The notes beneath the pieces were generated by a model that made no database searches, was not told where the DNA came from, and saw only the letters and a program-made list of their open reading frames with translations. Source: Escherichia coli (GTDB lineage: Bacteria; Pseudomonadota; Gammaproteobacteria; Enterobacterales; Enterobacteriaceae). Taken from it: a DNA stretch of 64,000 nucleotides. The position numbers and the translations under genes were made by a program. Below, one piece after another: positions 29,588 through 41,791 of this stretch; position 1 is the stretch's first letter, and the number at the start of each line of letters is the position of its first letter. Location: assembly GCF_003334355.1 (NCBI RefSeq), contig NZ_QOWP01000020.1; one strand, written 5' to 3'.

Positions 29588-29830
29588 GATGTAATCCTTG
29601 TGCAGACAAATTTCTTGTTACCTAAACGTAACAATACCATGACATTTCACCGTTGTCTGCTCTGAAAACCTCACCTCTTAGCTGGATTTACAATCAACGC
29701 ATTGATTAGTTAGCTAATGTTGCTACTTCCTTCCCTGACTATTGATGATCTGAATGAATTGTCGCGGTAAAATAGCCCCGCCAGGGGTTTCCGGCATGAC
29801 GACAATTATCTGGAGGAGCCTGATAAAACA

Positions 29831-30862
29831 ATGATCGCTGAACTGTTTACAAATAATGCGCTTAATCTGGTCATTATTTTCGGTAGCTGCGCAGCATTGA
29901 TTCTGATGAGCTTTTGGTTTCGCCGTGGAAATCGTAAAAGAAAAGGATTTTTATTCCATGCGGTGCAATTTTTAATCTACACCATAATTATCAGTGCTGT
30001 TGGTAGCATTATTAATTATGTTATAGAAAACTATAAACTCAAATTTATCACTCCAGGCGTTATCGATTTTATCTGTACGTCCCTGATTGCGGTTATTCTG
30101 ACGATTAAGCTATTTCTGCTGATTAATCAGTTTGAAAAACAGCAGATTAAAAAAGGTCGCGATATCACCAGTGCGCGGATTATGTCGCGTATCATCAAAA
30201 TCACCATTATTGTGGTGCTTGTTCTGCTTTATGGCGAACATTTCGGCATGAGCCTTTCTGGCTTGCTGACCTTTGGTGGTATTGGTGGTCTGGCTGTCGG
30301 TATGGCCGGTAAAGATATTCTGAGTAACTTCTTTTCCGGGATTATGCTCTATTTCGACCGTCCTTTCAGTATTGGCGACTGGATCCGTTCACCGGACAGA
30401 AATATCGAAGGTACAGTAGCGGAAATTGGCTGGCGAATTACCAAAATTACGACCTTTGATAATCGTCCATTGTACGTACCGAACTCGCTGTTTTCGTCGA
30501 TCAGCGTAGAAAACCCAGGACGAATGACCAACCGCCGCATTACCACGACCATTGGTTTACGTTATGAGGATGCGGCAAAAGTGGGCGTTATTGTCGAAGC
30601 TGTACGTGAGATGCTGAAAAATCACCCGGCCATCGACCAGCGACAAACCTTACTGGTTTATTTCAACCAGTTTGCTGACTCTTCATTGAATATTATGGTT
30701 TATTGCTTTACCAAAACCACGGTATGGGCTGAATGGCTTGCTGCACAGCAAGACGTTTATTTGAAGATTATCGATATTGTACAGTCACACGGCGCGGACT
30801 TTGCCTTCCCCAGCCAGACGCTGTATATGGATAACATTACACCGCCGGAACAGGGTCGCTAA
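29831..30862 (+). CDS. ynaI: MscS-family mechanosensitive channel YnaI
   Basis: 343-aa ORF with N-terminal TM helices and an MscS core ([38 protein letters not shown]). Confidence 0.95.
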
Positions 30863-30872
30863 ATCAGACATC

Positions 30873-30902
30873 ACTGGCGTTATGCACAAGGGTAACGCCA
30901 GT
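30873..30902. terminator. Hairpin between convergent ynaI and mppA
   Basis: 10-bp perfect stem actggcgtta/taacgccagt with a 10-nt loop. Confidence 0.5.
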
Positions 30903-30912
30903 TCCCATCACA

Positions 30913-32526
30913 TCAATGCTTCACAATATACATAGTCCGACTGTACGCCACATCTTCAGGATTATTAATGGGATAACCTTTCAGCCACGGCTTGATTAAT
31001 CGTCCATTGGTATATTGATAAATTGGTGCAATCGGTGCTTGCTCCATGAGGATTTTTTCTGCCGCGTTGTAATCGGCATTACGCGCTTTAACGGTATTTT
31101 CCGTCGATGCCTGGGCCAGAACTTTGTCATATGCCGGATTGTTAAAGCGTGAAATATTTCCTGAATGCGTTGACGTTAATAATGTCAGGAAAGTGGAGGG
31201 TTCATTATAATCCCCCACCCACGAGGCGCGGATAACATCAAAATTGCCGGTGTTACGGCTATCGATATAGGTTTTCCATTCCTGATTTTGCAATTTAACA
31301 TCTACGCCAAGGTTCTTTTTCCACATCGATGCTACAGCAATCGCAATTTTTTGATGGTTTTCTGAAGTGTTATACAAAAGCGTCAGCTTCAGCGGTTTTT
31401 GCGGACCATAACCAGCTGCGCTCAACAAAGTTTTTGCCTGCGCATTCAGTTCTTCCTGACTCATTTGTTCAAACGGCGAAGGTTCCGGCGTAAATCCCGC
31501 GGTAACATCTGGTGTAAAATGCCACGCTGGCTTTTCGCCCGTCCCTAATACTTTTTCGGTCATCAGGCGGCGATCTATCGTCATACTTAATGCCAGACGA
31601 ACGCGCTGATCTGCCGTCGGCCCTTTTTGCGTGTTAAACGCATAATAATAGGTCCCGAGCTGCGGCGGCGTATAAACCTGCCCCGGAATATCCTTCAACA
31701 GCTTCTGATACATATTTTTCGGGAAGGATTCGGTGATATCAATATCCCCCGCGAGGTAACGCTTAGTGGCTGCGGATTCCTGATTAATTGGCAGGAAGGT
31801 CACTTTTTGCAGTACCGTTTTGGCGTTATCCCAATAATGGGTATTCGGTACCACGACCAGTTTTTCATTGACTACGCGCTCTTTAAGAACATAAGCGCCA
31901 TTGCCGATCAGATTTCCGGGTTTCGTCCACTCTTTACCGCTTTCTACGTTGGCTTTTTGCACCGGGAAGAAGGCAAAGTTAGCGGTTAAATTCACAAACC
32001 ACGGCAACGGTTTATCAAGCTGAATTTTCAAAGTATGGGCATCAACTGCGGTGACGCCAAGCTGGTCAGGCGTAGCTTTACCATCAATAATCGCCTGTGC
32101 GTTGTTGATTCCCGCCAGCGCGGCAAACCATGCAAATGGCGACAATGTTTTTGGGTCCACCAGACGTTGCCAGCTGTAGACAAAATCTTGCGCCGTTACC
32201 GGTGTGCCATCCGCCCATTTTGCGTTATCGCGCAGGGTAAAAGTCCAGATACGGTTGTCATTACTTTTCCACTGAGTCGCAACGCCGGGGACAATCTCCC
32301 CTTTTTCGTTCTGATTCACCAGACCTTCAAACAGATCGCGAATGACCTGAATCTCTGGCAGGCCCACGGCTTTAGCGGGATCCAGCGACGCAGGCTCATC
32401 TTTAATGTGGCGCACCAGCTCCTGCTTCTCTGCCAGTACTGTGCCGCTCGGAACTTCTGCAGCATACGAAAGAGAAATGCTGCTGACCAACAGCGCACAA
32501 CACGTGACTGAAACAGAGTGCTTCAT
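30913..32526 (-). CDS. mppA: Periplasmic murein tripeptide-binding protein MppA
   Basis: 537-aa product from MKHSVSVTCCALLVSSISLSYAAEVPSG... It is an OppA paralogue. Confidence 0.95.
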   Translation of the reverse strand: MKHSVSVTCCALLVSSISLSYAAEVPSGTVLAEKQELVRHIKDEPASLDPAKAVGLPEIQVIRDLFEGLVNQNEKGEIVPGVATQWKSNDNRIWTFTLRDNAKWADGTPVTAQDFVYSWQRLVDPKTLSPFAWFAALAGINNAQAIIDGKATPDQLGVTAVDAHTLKIQLDKPLPWFVNLTANFAFFPVQKANVESGKEWTKPGNLIGNGAYVLKERVVNEKLVVVPNTHYWDNAKTVLQKVTFLPINQESAATKRYLAGDIDITESFPKNMYQKLLKDIPGQVYTPPQLGTYYYAFNTQKGPTADQRVRLALSMTIDRRLMTEKVLGTGEKPAWHFTPDVTAGFTPEPSPFEQMSQEELNAQAKTLLSAAGYGPQKPLKLTLLYNTSENHQKIAIAVASMWKKNLGVDVKLQNQEWKTYIDSRNTGNFDVIRASWVGDYNEPSTFLTLLTSTHSGNISRFNNPAYDKVLAQASTENTVKARNADYNAAEKILMEQAPIAPIYQYTNGRLIKPWLKGYPINNPEDVAYSRTMYIVKH

Positions 32527-32583
32527 AAGTTTCCCTCTAACCGACATTAAAATTGATGCGTAATTATTTGTTTCGCCTTAAAG

Positions 32584-32620
32584 AAATGCAAACAACTTCC
32601 ATCAAAAAAGTGACAAAGGA
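32584..32620. repeat. 37-bp direct repeat, copy 1 (upstream of mppA)
   Basis: aaatgcaaacaacttccatcaaaaaagtgacaaagga. 32/37 nt are identical to 35030-35066. Confidence 0.8.
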
Positions 32621-32862
32621 AGCATCAAATGTTTTAAGTATCAATATATCAAATCAGATTTAGTGTAAATAATAGTCTCCAAAATGCGGTAAAGCACATA
32701 GAACTCCGAACACTACGTTCGGGCTTCGCACGTTCAAACCCGTTTTCGGTATCATAATCAGCATCTGTCGCCATTGTACGAAGAATAAAAAATGACCAAA
32801 ACGTTGAAAGGAACTGAGAATACGTTAAGAGAAGAATTAAATTAATGTATCAGCAAGTAGTG

Positions 32863-33762
32863 CTAAACAGCACCTTTATACTTCAGCCTATCTATAAATA
32901 ATGAGAATGCCGAGCCAGCATGTCGACGGTGTGGATAGTACAGGTGATAACCGGGTAAATCTGGTGTGAATTTATCCAAAACACGTATCAGTTTTTTTTC
33001 TTTAATAGCCCGCTCAACCTGATCATAAGGTAGATACGCCAATCCATGCCCATCAATTGCAGCATCAATGATCAGGTCTATCGTATTCAGTAAAAGCTGA
33101 CCTTCCATGCGAACACGAACTTCACGTCCACCGCGTATTAATCTCCAGCGATTTGCTGTACCCGATGTGGGAAGATACAAATTAATTGCCTGATGATCTA
33201 TTAATTGTGACACTGACGTTGGAACACTTCGGCGAGAAAAATAATCCGGTGAGCCAACAATAGCCATTGGTATATCTGGCCCGATTCGAATGGCGATCAT
33301 ATCTTTATCCATCTCCCCACCCAGACGGACGCCTGCATCAAAACGTTCAGAAACGACATCGGTCAAACCATAATCAATGGTGAGCTGAATATCAATTTCA
33401 GGATGCGATTTCAGGAATGTGCGCATTGCTGGTAACAATATCGTTTTTGCTGCATGTTCTACAGTAGTAATACGTATTGTCCCGGATGGGCGGTTCTGCA
33501 GATCGCTCAGGGATGCCATGGCTGAATCTATGTCATGCAACATAGGGCCAAGAACAGACAAAAGATGCTCGCCCGCTTCAGTTGGAACAACGCTGCGCGT
33601 GGTTCGCGTCAGAAGCCGCAATCCCAATCGTTCTTCTATACGACGCACTATCTGGCTTAAAGCTGACTGCGCCATGCTCAGGCGGGCTGCTGCACGAGTG
33701 AAGCTACGCTCCTCTGCAACGACGACAAACGCCATCAGATCAGCGATTTCTTCACGCTTCAT
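32863..33762 (-). CDS. pgrR: LysR-family regulator PgrR (YcjZ)
   Basis: 299-aa ORF with a LysR HTH, divergent from ycjY. Confidence 0.9.
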   Translation of the reverse strand: MKREEIADLMAFVVVAEERSFTRAAARLSMAQSALSQIVRRIEERLGLRLLTRTTRSVVPTEAGEHLLSVLGPMLHDIDSAMASLSDLQNRPSGTIRITTVEHAAKTILLPAMRTFLKSHPEIDIQLTIDYGLTDVVSERFDAGVRLGGEMDKDMIAIRIGPDIPMAIVGSPDYFSRRSVPTSVSQLIDHQAINLYLPTSGTANRWRLIRGGREVRVRMEGQLLLNTIDLIIDAAIDGHGLAYLPYDQVERAIKEKKLIRVLDKFTPDLPGYHLYYPHRRHAGSAFSLFIDRLKYKGAV

Positions 33763-33899
33763 TCAGTATCTCCATGCAATCTATTAATCATTTAAATGAT
33801 AGGTCTAATCATGATTTTGGGTCTAATCAACTTAATGATCAATATCTATAGTGATATCACCAACCGTTAAAACGAACCGACAACTCCATGAGGAACGGA

Positions 33900-34820
33900 A
33901 TGATGAATAATAAAGTCAGCTTCACTAACAGCAATAATCCAACCATCTCTTTGTCTGCAGTGATCTATTTCCCTCCAAAATTTGATGAAACCCGTCAGTA
34001 TCAGGCAATTGTGTTATCTCACCCAGGTGGGGGCGTTAAAGAACAAACGGCCGGAACCTATGCCAAAAAACTGGCGGAAAAGGGATTTGTCACTATTGCT
34101 TATGACGCATCTTATCAAGGTGAAAGTGGCGGCGAGCCGCGTCAGTTAGAAAACCCATACATTCGTACTGAAGACATCAGTGCCGTGATTGATTACCTGA
34201 CAACGCTTTCTTATGTCGACAATACCCGAATTGGTGCGATGGGAATTTGTGCCGGTGCAGGATATACAGCCAATGCTGCAATTCAGGATCGCCGCATCAA
34301 GGCCATCGGTACCGTTAGTGCGGTCAATATTGGTTCGATATTCCGTAATGGTTGGGAAAACAATGTGAAATCTATTGATGCCCTGCCATACGTTGAAGCG
34401 GGTTCAAACGCCAGAACCAGCGATATTAGCAGCGGAGAATACGCCATTATGCCACTGGCACCAATGAAGGAGTCCGATGCGCCGAACGAAGAACTGCGTC
34501 AGGCCTGGGAGTATTACCACACCCCTCGCGCGCAGTATCCAACAGCACCGGGTTACGCTACTTTGCGCAGCCTTAACCAGATTATTACCTATGATGCTTA
34601 CCATATGGCGGAAGTGTACCTGACTCAGCCGACGCAGATTGTGGCGGGCAGCCAGGCAGGGAGCAAATGGATGAGTGACGACCTGTACGATCGAGCATCA
34701 AGCCAGGATAAACGCTATCACATTGTTGAAGGCGCAAACCATATGGATCTTTATGACGGCAAAGCCTATGTGGCTGAAGCAATTTCAGTATTAGCTCCGT
34801 TCTTTGAGGAAACTCTGTAA
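33900..34820 (+). CDS. ycjY: Predicted alpha/beta hydrolase YcjY
   Basis: The track ORF is 310 aa. The K-12 product is 306 aa (start MMNNKVSF...). Confidence 0.85.
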   Translation: MMNNKVSFTNSNNPTISLSAVIYFPPKFDETRQYQAIVLSHPGGGVKEQTAGTYAKKLAEKGFVTIAYDASYQGESGGEPRQLENPYIRTEDISAVIDYLTTLSYVDNTRIGAMGICAGAGYTANAAIQDRRIKAIGTVSAVNIGSIFRNGWENNVKSIDALPYVEAGSNARTSDISSGEYAIMPLAPMKESDAPNEELRQAWEYYHTPRAQYPTAPGYATLRSLNQIITYDAYHMAEVYLTQPTQIVAGSQAGSKWMSDDLYDRASSQDKRYHIVEGANHMDLYDGKAYVAEAISVLAPFFEETL

Positions 34821-34890
34821 TGAAACATATTCAAATCCGCAATAGTGATATGGCCTGGCATATTGCTGCCAATAATCTGGGATAATTTTC

Positions 34891-35073
34891 ATGAAAAATG
34901 TACTGATTCTTGGTGCTGGCGGTCAGATAGCCCGCCATGTGATTAATCAACTGGCAGATAAGCAAACCATTAAACAAACTTTATTTGCCCGTCAGCCAGC
35001 AAAAATCCACAAACCCTATCCAACTAATAAAATGCAAACAACTTCCGGCAAAAAAGTGATACAAGATCGATGA
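34891..35073 (+). pseudogene. ymjC: Truncated NAD(P)-binding (Rossmann) gene remnant, ymjC-like
   Basis: The 60-aa ORF starts with a classical dinucleotide-binding motif (MKNVLILGAGGQIARHV) but ends after 60 codons. The divergence point coincides with the 37-bp repeat. Confidence 0.6.
35030..35066. repeat. 37-bp direct repeat, copy 2 (upstream of mpaA, inside the ymjC remnant)
   Basis: aaatgcaaacaacttccggcaaaaaagtgatacaaga. See copy 1. Confidence 0.8.
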
Positions 35074-35154
35074 CATAGCGTTGAAGAAAAGGATTTGATA
35101 ATCCGCAAAATTTGCACAACACTGCCTGTAATACTTCCTGAACCAGAGACGATC

Positions 35155-35857
35155 ATGACCGTAACCCGCCCACGCGCCGAACGCGGCGCATTTCCGCCCG
35201 GAACAGAACATTACGGACGTTCATTATTGGGCGCGCCGTTAATCTGGTTTCCTGCCCCTGCAGCCAGCCGCGAAAGTGGTTTGATTCTGGCTGGCACTCA
35301 CGGTGATGAAAACTCTTCGGTCGTCACGCTCTCCTGTGCTCTGCGGACGTTGACACCTTCTTTGCGCCGTCATCATGTGGTGCTGTGTGTGAATCCTGAC
35401 GGCTGCCAGTTGGGGTTACGGGCCAATGCTAATGGTGTGGATTTAAACAGAAACTTTCCGGCGGCGAACTGGAAGGAAGGTGAAACCGTTTATCGCTGGA
35501 ACAGCGCCGCTGAAGAACGCGATGTCGTATTACTGACAGGTGACAAACCTGGCTCCGAACCTGAAACCCAGGCGCTGTGCCAGCTTATACACCGCATTCA
35601 ACCTGCCTGGGTGGTCTCATTCCACGATCCACTGGCCTGTATTGAAGATCCCAGACACAGCGAATTAGGCGAATGGCTGGCTCAGGCGTTTGAATTGCCT
35701 CTGGTAACCAGCGTCGGTTATGAAACGCCTGGCTCTTTCGGCAGTTGGTGTGCAGATCTGAACTTGCATTGCATCACCGCAGAGTTTCCGCCCATCTCCT
35801 CCGACGAAGCCAGCGAAAAATATCTCTTTGCGATGGCAAACTTGCTGCGCTGGCATC

Positions 35858-35883
<26 letters not shown>
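35155..35883 (+). CDS. mpaA: Murein tripeptide amidase MpaA
   Basis: 242-aa product from MTVTRPRAERGAFPPGTEHYGRSLLGAPLIWFPAP... Confidence 0.9.
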
Positions 35884-36833
<950 letters not shown>

Positions 36834-36941
36834 TGTTGTCGCGGTGGTCTGCGGATTAAGCGCAAATAGCGTTTGCTGTGTTATTGACAGTTAGCATAAA
36901 CTAGGTGTGACGTTAACTATATGTAAACAGGAAAGATAATC

Positions 36942-37448
36942 ATGTCACAAACCGTTCATTTCCAGGGCAACCCGGTTACAGTCGCCAATTCCATCCCGCA
37001 GGCGGGTAGCAAAGCGCAGACTTTTACTCTCGTGGCAAAAGATCTGTCTGACGTCACCCTCGGTCAGTTTGCGGGTAAACGCAAAGTGCTGAACATTTTC
37101 CCGAGTATTGATACCGGTGTTTGCGCCGCATCAGTACGTAAGTTTAACCAACTGGCAACCGAGATCGACAACACCGTTGTGCTGTGTATCTCTGCCGATC
37201 TGCCGTTCGCCCAGTCTCGTTTCTGCGGCGCAGAAGGTCTGAACAACGTTATCACCCTCTCCACTTTCCGTAACGCTGAATTTCTGCAAGCCTACGGTGT
37301 GGCAATTGCTGATGGCCCACTGAAAGGTCTGGCAGCGCGTGCCGTTGTGGTTATTGACGAAAATGACAATGTGATTTTCAGCCAGCTGGTGGATGAAATC
37401 ACCACCGAGCCGGATTACGAAGCAGCTCTGGCTGTACTGAAAGCATAA
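36942..37448 (+). CDS. tpx: Thiol peroxidase Tpx
   Basis: 168-aa ORF matching E. coli Tpx ([36 protein letters not shown]...). Confidence 0.97.
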   Translation: MSQTVHFQGNPVTVANSIPQAGSKAQTFTLVAKDLSDVTLGQFAGKRKVLNIFPSIDTGVCAASVRKFNQLATEIDNTVVLCISADLPFAQSRFCGAEGLNNVITLSTFRNAEFLQAYGVAIADGPLKGLAARAVVVIDENDNVIFSQLVDEITTEPDYEAALAVLKA

Positions 37449-37451
37449 TTT

Positions 37452-37486
37452 AATATGCCTGATGGTGTTGCACCATCAGGCATATT
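37452..37486. terminator. Bidirectional terminator between tpx and tyrR
   Basis: 16-bp perfect stem aatatgcctgatggtg/caccatcaggcatatt with a 3-nt loop. Confidence 0.8.
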
Positions 37487-37491
37487 CGCGC

Positions 37492-39033
37492 TTACTCTTC
37501 GTTCTTCTTCTGACTCAGACCATATTCCCGCAACTTATTGGCAATCGCGGTATGTGAAACGCCGAGACGTTTTGCCAGTTTGCGCGTGCTGGGATAATTG
37601 CGATAAAGCTGGGTTAATACCGAGCGTTCAAAACGGCTGGTGATTTCGTCCAGCGAACCTTCCATCGCATCTTCGCCCACGGCTACCGTTGCGGCGTCAT
37701 AATCCGGCAACAAAATATCCTGTGGACGCAGCTCATAACCGTCCAGTTGTGTCAGTGCGCGATAGATAGCGTTCTTTAACTGCCGCACATTTCCCGGCCA
37801 CGCATAACGCGTAAGTACAGTATTCAGGTCAGCGGCCAGTTTCGGACGCGGCACGCCCTGCTCGTCGGCAAAGCGGGCGACGAACAGCTCAGTTAACGGC
37901 ATGATGTCCTGCGGACAGTCACGTAGCGGTGGCAGATTGAGCGTCAACACGTTCAGACGATAATAGAGATCTTCACGGAACATGCCTTTTTGCACCAGTT
38001 CGACCAGATTCTTCTGCGTAGCGCAAATCACCCGCACATCGACATGCACCTCATGGTCTTCGCCAACCCGACGGAAAGTGCCATCATTAAGGAAACGCAG
38101 TAATTTCGCCTGCATCCGTGGTGACATTTCCCCTATTTCATCCAACAGCACCGAACCACCGTTCGCCTGCTCAAAGAATCCTTTCTTCCCTTCCGGAGCA
38201 TGACCAAACAGTTCACTCTCGACCGCATCTTCCGGTATAGACGCACAGTTCAGCGCCAGGTAAGGTTTGCCCGCTCTGGGGCTTGCCTGATGGCAGGCGT
38301 AGGCAAAGAGATCTTTACCTGTACCTGTGTCACCCGTAATCAGCAGCGGCGCGCTTAGCATCGCCAGTTTCTGCGCCTGTTCGACAACATGCTTCATTTT
38401 CGGGCTGACGGCGACAATTTGACTGAAGGCGCTGACGTCCTGGGCGGCGACATTTTGCAACTGGCGGCCCATACGAATCGTTGATCGCAACATCACCACC
38501 GCACCGGTCAGGACGTGTTGATCATTTTCATCCTGAAGATAAACAGGCGTAATCTCCATCAGGAAATTCTGCCCATTAATAACGACATGCTCGTTATGCG
38601 AATCTTGCGGTTCGCTTTCCAGCCAACGTAAAAAATTAAAGCCGTTAATCAATTGTGCGGCGGTATGGTTGCGCAGGCGATCCAATTTTTGCCCAAAAAG
38701 CTGACAGCTCGCCGGGTTCGCCATATCCACTTTGCTTTTCATATCGACAGAGAGCACAGGTTCAGGCAACGCCTCCAGTAACGCGCTCAACGCCAGATGC
38801 TCACGTTCGGAAGGCATCCACGGGACAGTACGCACATCGGTAACACCCGCAATACGGCGTATTTCGGCCATCAGACTGCTGAAACTCTCAAACTCCAGTT
38901 CAGCAAAATTGAGGTAGATTCGCCCAATGGGATCAATCTCAATACCGCGTAAATCAATGCCTCTTAGCACGAGTAGATCGAGTAATTCGCGGGTCAGACC
39001 GAGTCGGTCTTCACAAAAGACTTCCAGACGCAT
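37492..39033 (-). CDS. tyrR: Aromatic amino acid regulator TyrR
   Basis: 513-aa product from MRLEVFCEDRLGLTRELLDLLVLRGIDLRG... It has a sigma54-interaction-type AAA+ domain and a C-terminal HTH. Confidence 0.97.
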   Translation of the reverse strand: MRLEVFCEDRLGLTRELLDLLVLRGIDLRGIEIDPIGRIYLNFAELEFESFSSLMAEIRRIAGVTDVRTVPWMPSEREHLALSALLEALPEPVLSVDMKSKVDMANPASCQLFGQKLDRLRNHTAAQLINGFNFLRWLESEPQDSHNEHVVINGQNFLMEITPVYLQDENDQHVLTGAVVMLRSTIRMGRQLQNVAAQDVSAFSQIVAVSPKMKHVVEQAQKLAMLSAPLLITGDTGTGKDLFAYACHQASPRAGKPYLALNCASIPEDAVESELFGHAPEGKKGFFEQANGGSVLLDEIGEMSPRMQAKLLRFLNDGTFRRVGEDHEVHVDVRVICATQKNLVELVQKGMFREDLYYRLNVLTLNLPPLRDCPQDIMPLTELFVARFADEQGVPRPKLAADLNTVLTRYAWPGNVRQLKNAIYRALTQLDGYELRPQDILLPDYDAATVAVGEDAMEGSLDEITSRFERSVLTQLYRNYPSTRKLAKRLGVSHTAIANKLREYGLSQKKNEE

Positions 39034-39103
39034 GGGAACCTTCACCTGAAAAAAGAACAATTAATATGATGATATGACACTATTTGGATAGCAGGAAGGT
39101 TTC

Positions 39104-39121
39104 TGTCAACAATCATTGACA
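39104..39121. promoter_or_regulatory. TyrR box upstream of tyrR
   Basis: tgtcaacaatcattgaca fits TGTAAA-N6-TTTACA symmetry. Confidence 0.7.
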
Positions 39122-39180
39122 CAAAGACGGAAAAACGGGCACTTCGGCGTAAAGATATCCGGTCAGCACCCGATATTGCA

Positions 39181-40242
39181 TTATTTTTCGCTGGGCGTTT
39201 TGCCTTTTTGCAGCGTTTCTTTCACCTGACCGATAAGCTGACGACGGAAATCCCCGAGGCGAGGTTTGTCATCGTCAATCCACGGCAGCGGGCGGCAAAG
39301 CTCCATAGCTTTAATCCCGAGTCGTGCCGTCAGAAGTCCTGCACCAATCCCCTGAGCTGCGCGGGTAGACAAACGAGCAGCGAGATCTTGCGACATCCAG
39401 TCCATCCCCACTTCGCGCACCAGTTCGCTGGCTCCGGCAAAAGCGATATTCAGCAATACCAGCTTAAACAGACGCAAACGGCTGTAATACCCCAGTTCAA
39501 TGCCATACAGCGTGGCGATGCGATTAATTAAACGCAGATTGCGCCAGGCGATAAACGCCATATCGACCAACGCCAGCGGGCTGACCGCAATCATCAACGT
39601 TGATTCCGCCGCCGAACGGCTGATTTCGCGCCGCGCCTGGGCATCTAAAACTGGCTGGACCAAATGCGCATACAGGCTGACCACTTCACGGTCGTTTTGC
39701 GTTTCATGGATTGAGGCATACCAGCGTTGCAGCGCCGGATGCGACTGATCAATACCCGCCTGCTGCGCCAGTTTTTCGCAAAATGCGCGGCCTTTGCCCG
39801 TGCCGTGGCTATGCAATAAATCACGCGCTTCGTCGCGTTCATGGGCGCGCTGTCGCAAGCGCCATAAGCGCCGCCACTCTGTTACCACAGAACCTACGCC
39901 AGCGCCGATAATCAATGCCCCAGCGGCACATCCACCCAGCGCCACCCAGTCCTGGGTTTGCCAGGCATTCATTGTCCACTGTACACCCTGCCCGACAACG
40001 CTTGCGCCAAACAGAGCCAGCCCGCCCATCACCATTTTGCGCCACAGGCTGCGTTTCGGACGTAACGCTGCGTCCATTACCGCTTCGACTTGCCCCTCTT
40101 CTTCCTGCGCTTCGTCGAGCGTGGCCGGGGCAAAATTTTGCGCCTGATTTTCGTCAAAGGTCTGCTGCGCCCTGAATTTAGGATTCTGATCGACCTCCAG
40201 AGGACCGTCGAAATCAATACGTGGTTTTAACGGTTCGGTCAT
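39181..40242 (-). CDS. ycjF: Inner-membrane protein YcjF (UPF0283)
   Basis: 353-aa ORF overlapping the ycjX stop. Confidence 0.9.
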   Translation of the reverse strand: MTEPLKPRIDFDGPLEVDQNPKFRAQQTFDENQAQNFAPATLDEAQEEEGQVEAVMDAALRPKRSLWRKMVMGGLALFGASVVGQGVQWTMNAWQTQDWVALGGCAAGALIIGAGVGSVVTEWRRLWRLRQRAHERDEARDLLHSHGTGKGRAFCEKLAQQAGIDQSHPALQRWYASIHETQNDREVVSLYAHLVQPVLDAQARREISRSAAESTLMIAVSPLALVDMAFIAWRNLRLINRIATLYGIELGYYSRLRLFKLVLLNIAFAGASELVREVGMDWMSQDLAARLSTRAAQGIGAGLLTARLGIKAMELCRPLPWIDDDKPRLGDFRRQLIGQVKETLQKGKTPSEK

Positions 40243-41636
40243 CGCAATTTATCTCCTATTAAAAATTCCAGCGCAGCATCAAGACGAATATGCGGTAGTG
40301 GTTTGTCGACATCCATCACCTGCGGACGAAATGCCTCAAACTGGAAGCCTTGCTTATCCCAGAACGCCTGACCAGGCAAACGTGCGGGAACTTCGCCAGG
40401 ATAAACAGTGAGCGGTGCGCCATCGCTAAGTCGATTACCACGCAGCGCCGGGATTTTCTCACCGTTAACATCAATAATGCCGCTGGTGGTCGCCTGAACT
40501 GACGCCAGCCCCAGGCAGTCCATGCTGATCCCTTCGAACGCCGCATTTTGCCAGGCATCCTGAATCAGTTGTTGCAGTAATGAAACCATATTAGCGTGCT
40601 GATCGATGGTCACATGGTCCGCTTTAGTGGCAGCAAACAATAGCTTATCGATAACCGGCGAAAACAAACGCCGGAACAGGGTACGCTGCCCGTAGTGAAA
40701 ACTTTGCATCAGCTGCGTCAGTGCCAGACGCATATCATTAAATGCCTGTGGCCCACTGTTGAGAGGTTGCAGGCAATCCACCAGCACAATCTGGCGGTCA
40801 AAGCGCAGAAAATGATTCTTATAGAACCCCTTCACCACCTTCTCGCAGTAATAATTAAAGCGCTCGCGCAGCATTCCGGCATTGGTATGCTTATCGGCCT
40901 GCGCCAGTTTGGACTCGCCCCAGGTATCGACATCCGGCCACGGGAAGAATTGCAGCGCGGGCGCACCTGCCATATCTCCCGGCAAGACAAAGCGCCCAGG
41001 CTGAATAAAGTGCAGCCCCTGCTGTTTACAGTGGTGGAGATAATCGGTCCACGCGGCGGCAATGTCCGCCAGCCGGTTTTCGTCGGCAGGCGCTAGCGGG
41101 TCCAGCCCTTCGCTCATCATTCGCCATTTCGCCGACCATTCTCCGCGCTGACCATTGAGTAAGCCCGTCATCTGGCGCGACCAGCTTAAATAGTCCTGCG
41201 CCAGCATCGGCAGGTCGAGCAACCATTCGCCGGGATAATCCACAATTTCCAGATACAGCGTGGAGGTATCCTTAAAGTGGCGTAGCAGCGAATCATTCGA
41301 TTTAAAACGTAGCGCCAGGCGGATTTCACTGACGCCGCGCGTTGGCGTTGGCCAGGCGGGTGGATCGCCATATAACTGCGCCAGCCCTTCGTCATAGGTG
41401 AAGCGCGGAATGCCAAAGTCACGCTGGGGAATGCGTTTCACGCCCAGCAGGCGCTCTTCACGCACCGCACTTAACAGCGGCAAACGTGCTCCGGCGTGAA
41501 TATTAAGCAATTGATTAACCATCGCGGTGATAAACGCTGTTTTGCCGCTGCGGCTAAGTCCGGTTACAGCGAGGCGCAGATGTCTGTCGACACCCCGATT
41601 CACCAGCGCATTGAGTTCATTTTTAAGTCGCTTCAT
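40239..41636 (-). CDS. ycjX: P-loop NTPase YcjX
   Basis: 465-aa ORF with Walker A GLSRSGKT. Confidence 0.9.
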   Translation of the reverse strand: MKRLKNELNALVNRGVDRHLRLAVTGLSRSGKTAFITAMVNQLLNIHAGARLPLLSAVREERLLGVKRIPQRDFGIPRFTYDEGLAQLYGDPPAWPTPTRGVSEIRLALRFKSNDSLLRHFKDTSTLYLEIVDYPGEWLLDLPMLAQDYLSWSRQMTGLLNGQRGEWSAKWRMMSEGLDPLAPADENRLADIAAAWTDYLHHCKQQGLHFIQPGRFVLPGDMAGAPALQFFPWPDVDTWGESKLAQADKHTNAGMLRERFNYYCEKVVKGFYKNHFLRFDRQIVLVDCLQPLNSGPQAFNDMRLALTQLMQSFHYGQRTLFRRLFSPVIDKLLFAATKADHVTIDQHANMVSLLQQLIQDAWQNAAFEGISMDCLGLASVQATTSGIIDVNGEKIPALRGNRLSDGAPLTVYPGEVPARLPGQAFWDKQGFQFEAFRPQVMDVDKPLPHIRLDAALEFLIGDKLR

Positions 41637-41791
41637 TGCTGTCCTGTGCTGCTCTGAAGACCAGAAAAAAAATCATTCGTAAGGATATGAATGTGGGGGC
41701 CAGGCCATTGATTATCAACTGCCCGTGTTGTCATCGACCGGCGAACTCCATAAGATGTGCAGCATTCACGTTCGGACGGAGTTCCTGACCT

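Noticed and set aside
29796-29834. 12-codon uORF ([12 protein letters not shown]) whose TGA overlaps the ynaI ATG (ATGA)
   Set aside because: It has no SD of its own, and the ynaI SD (ggagga) lies inside it. The overlap is plausibly a coincidence and the evidence is insufficient.
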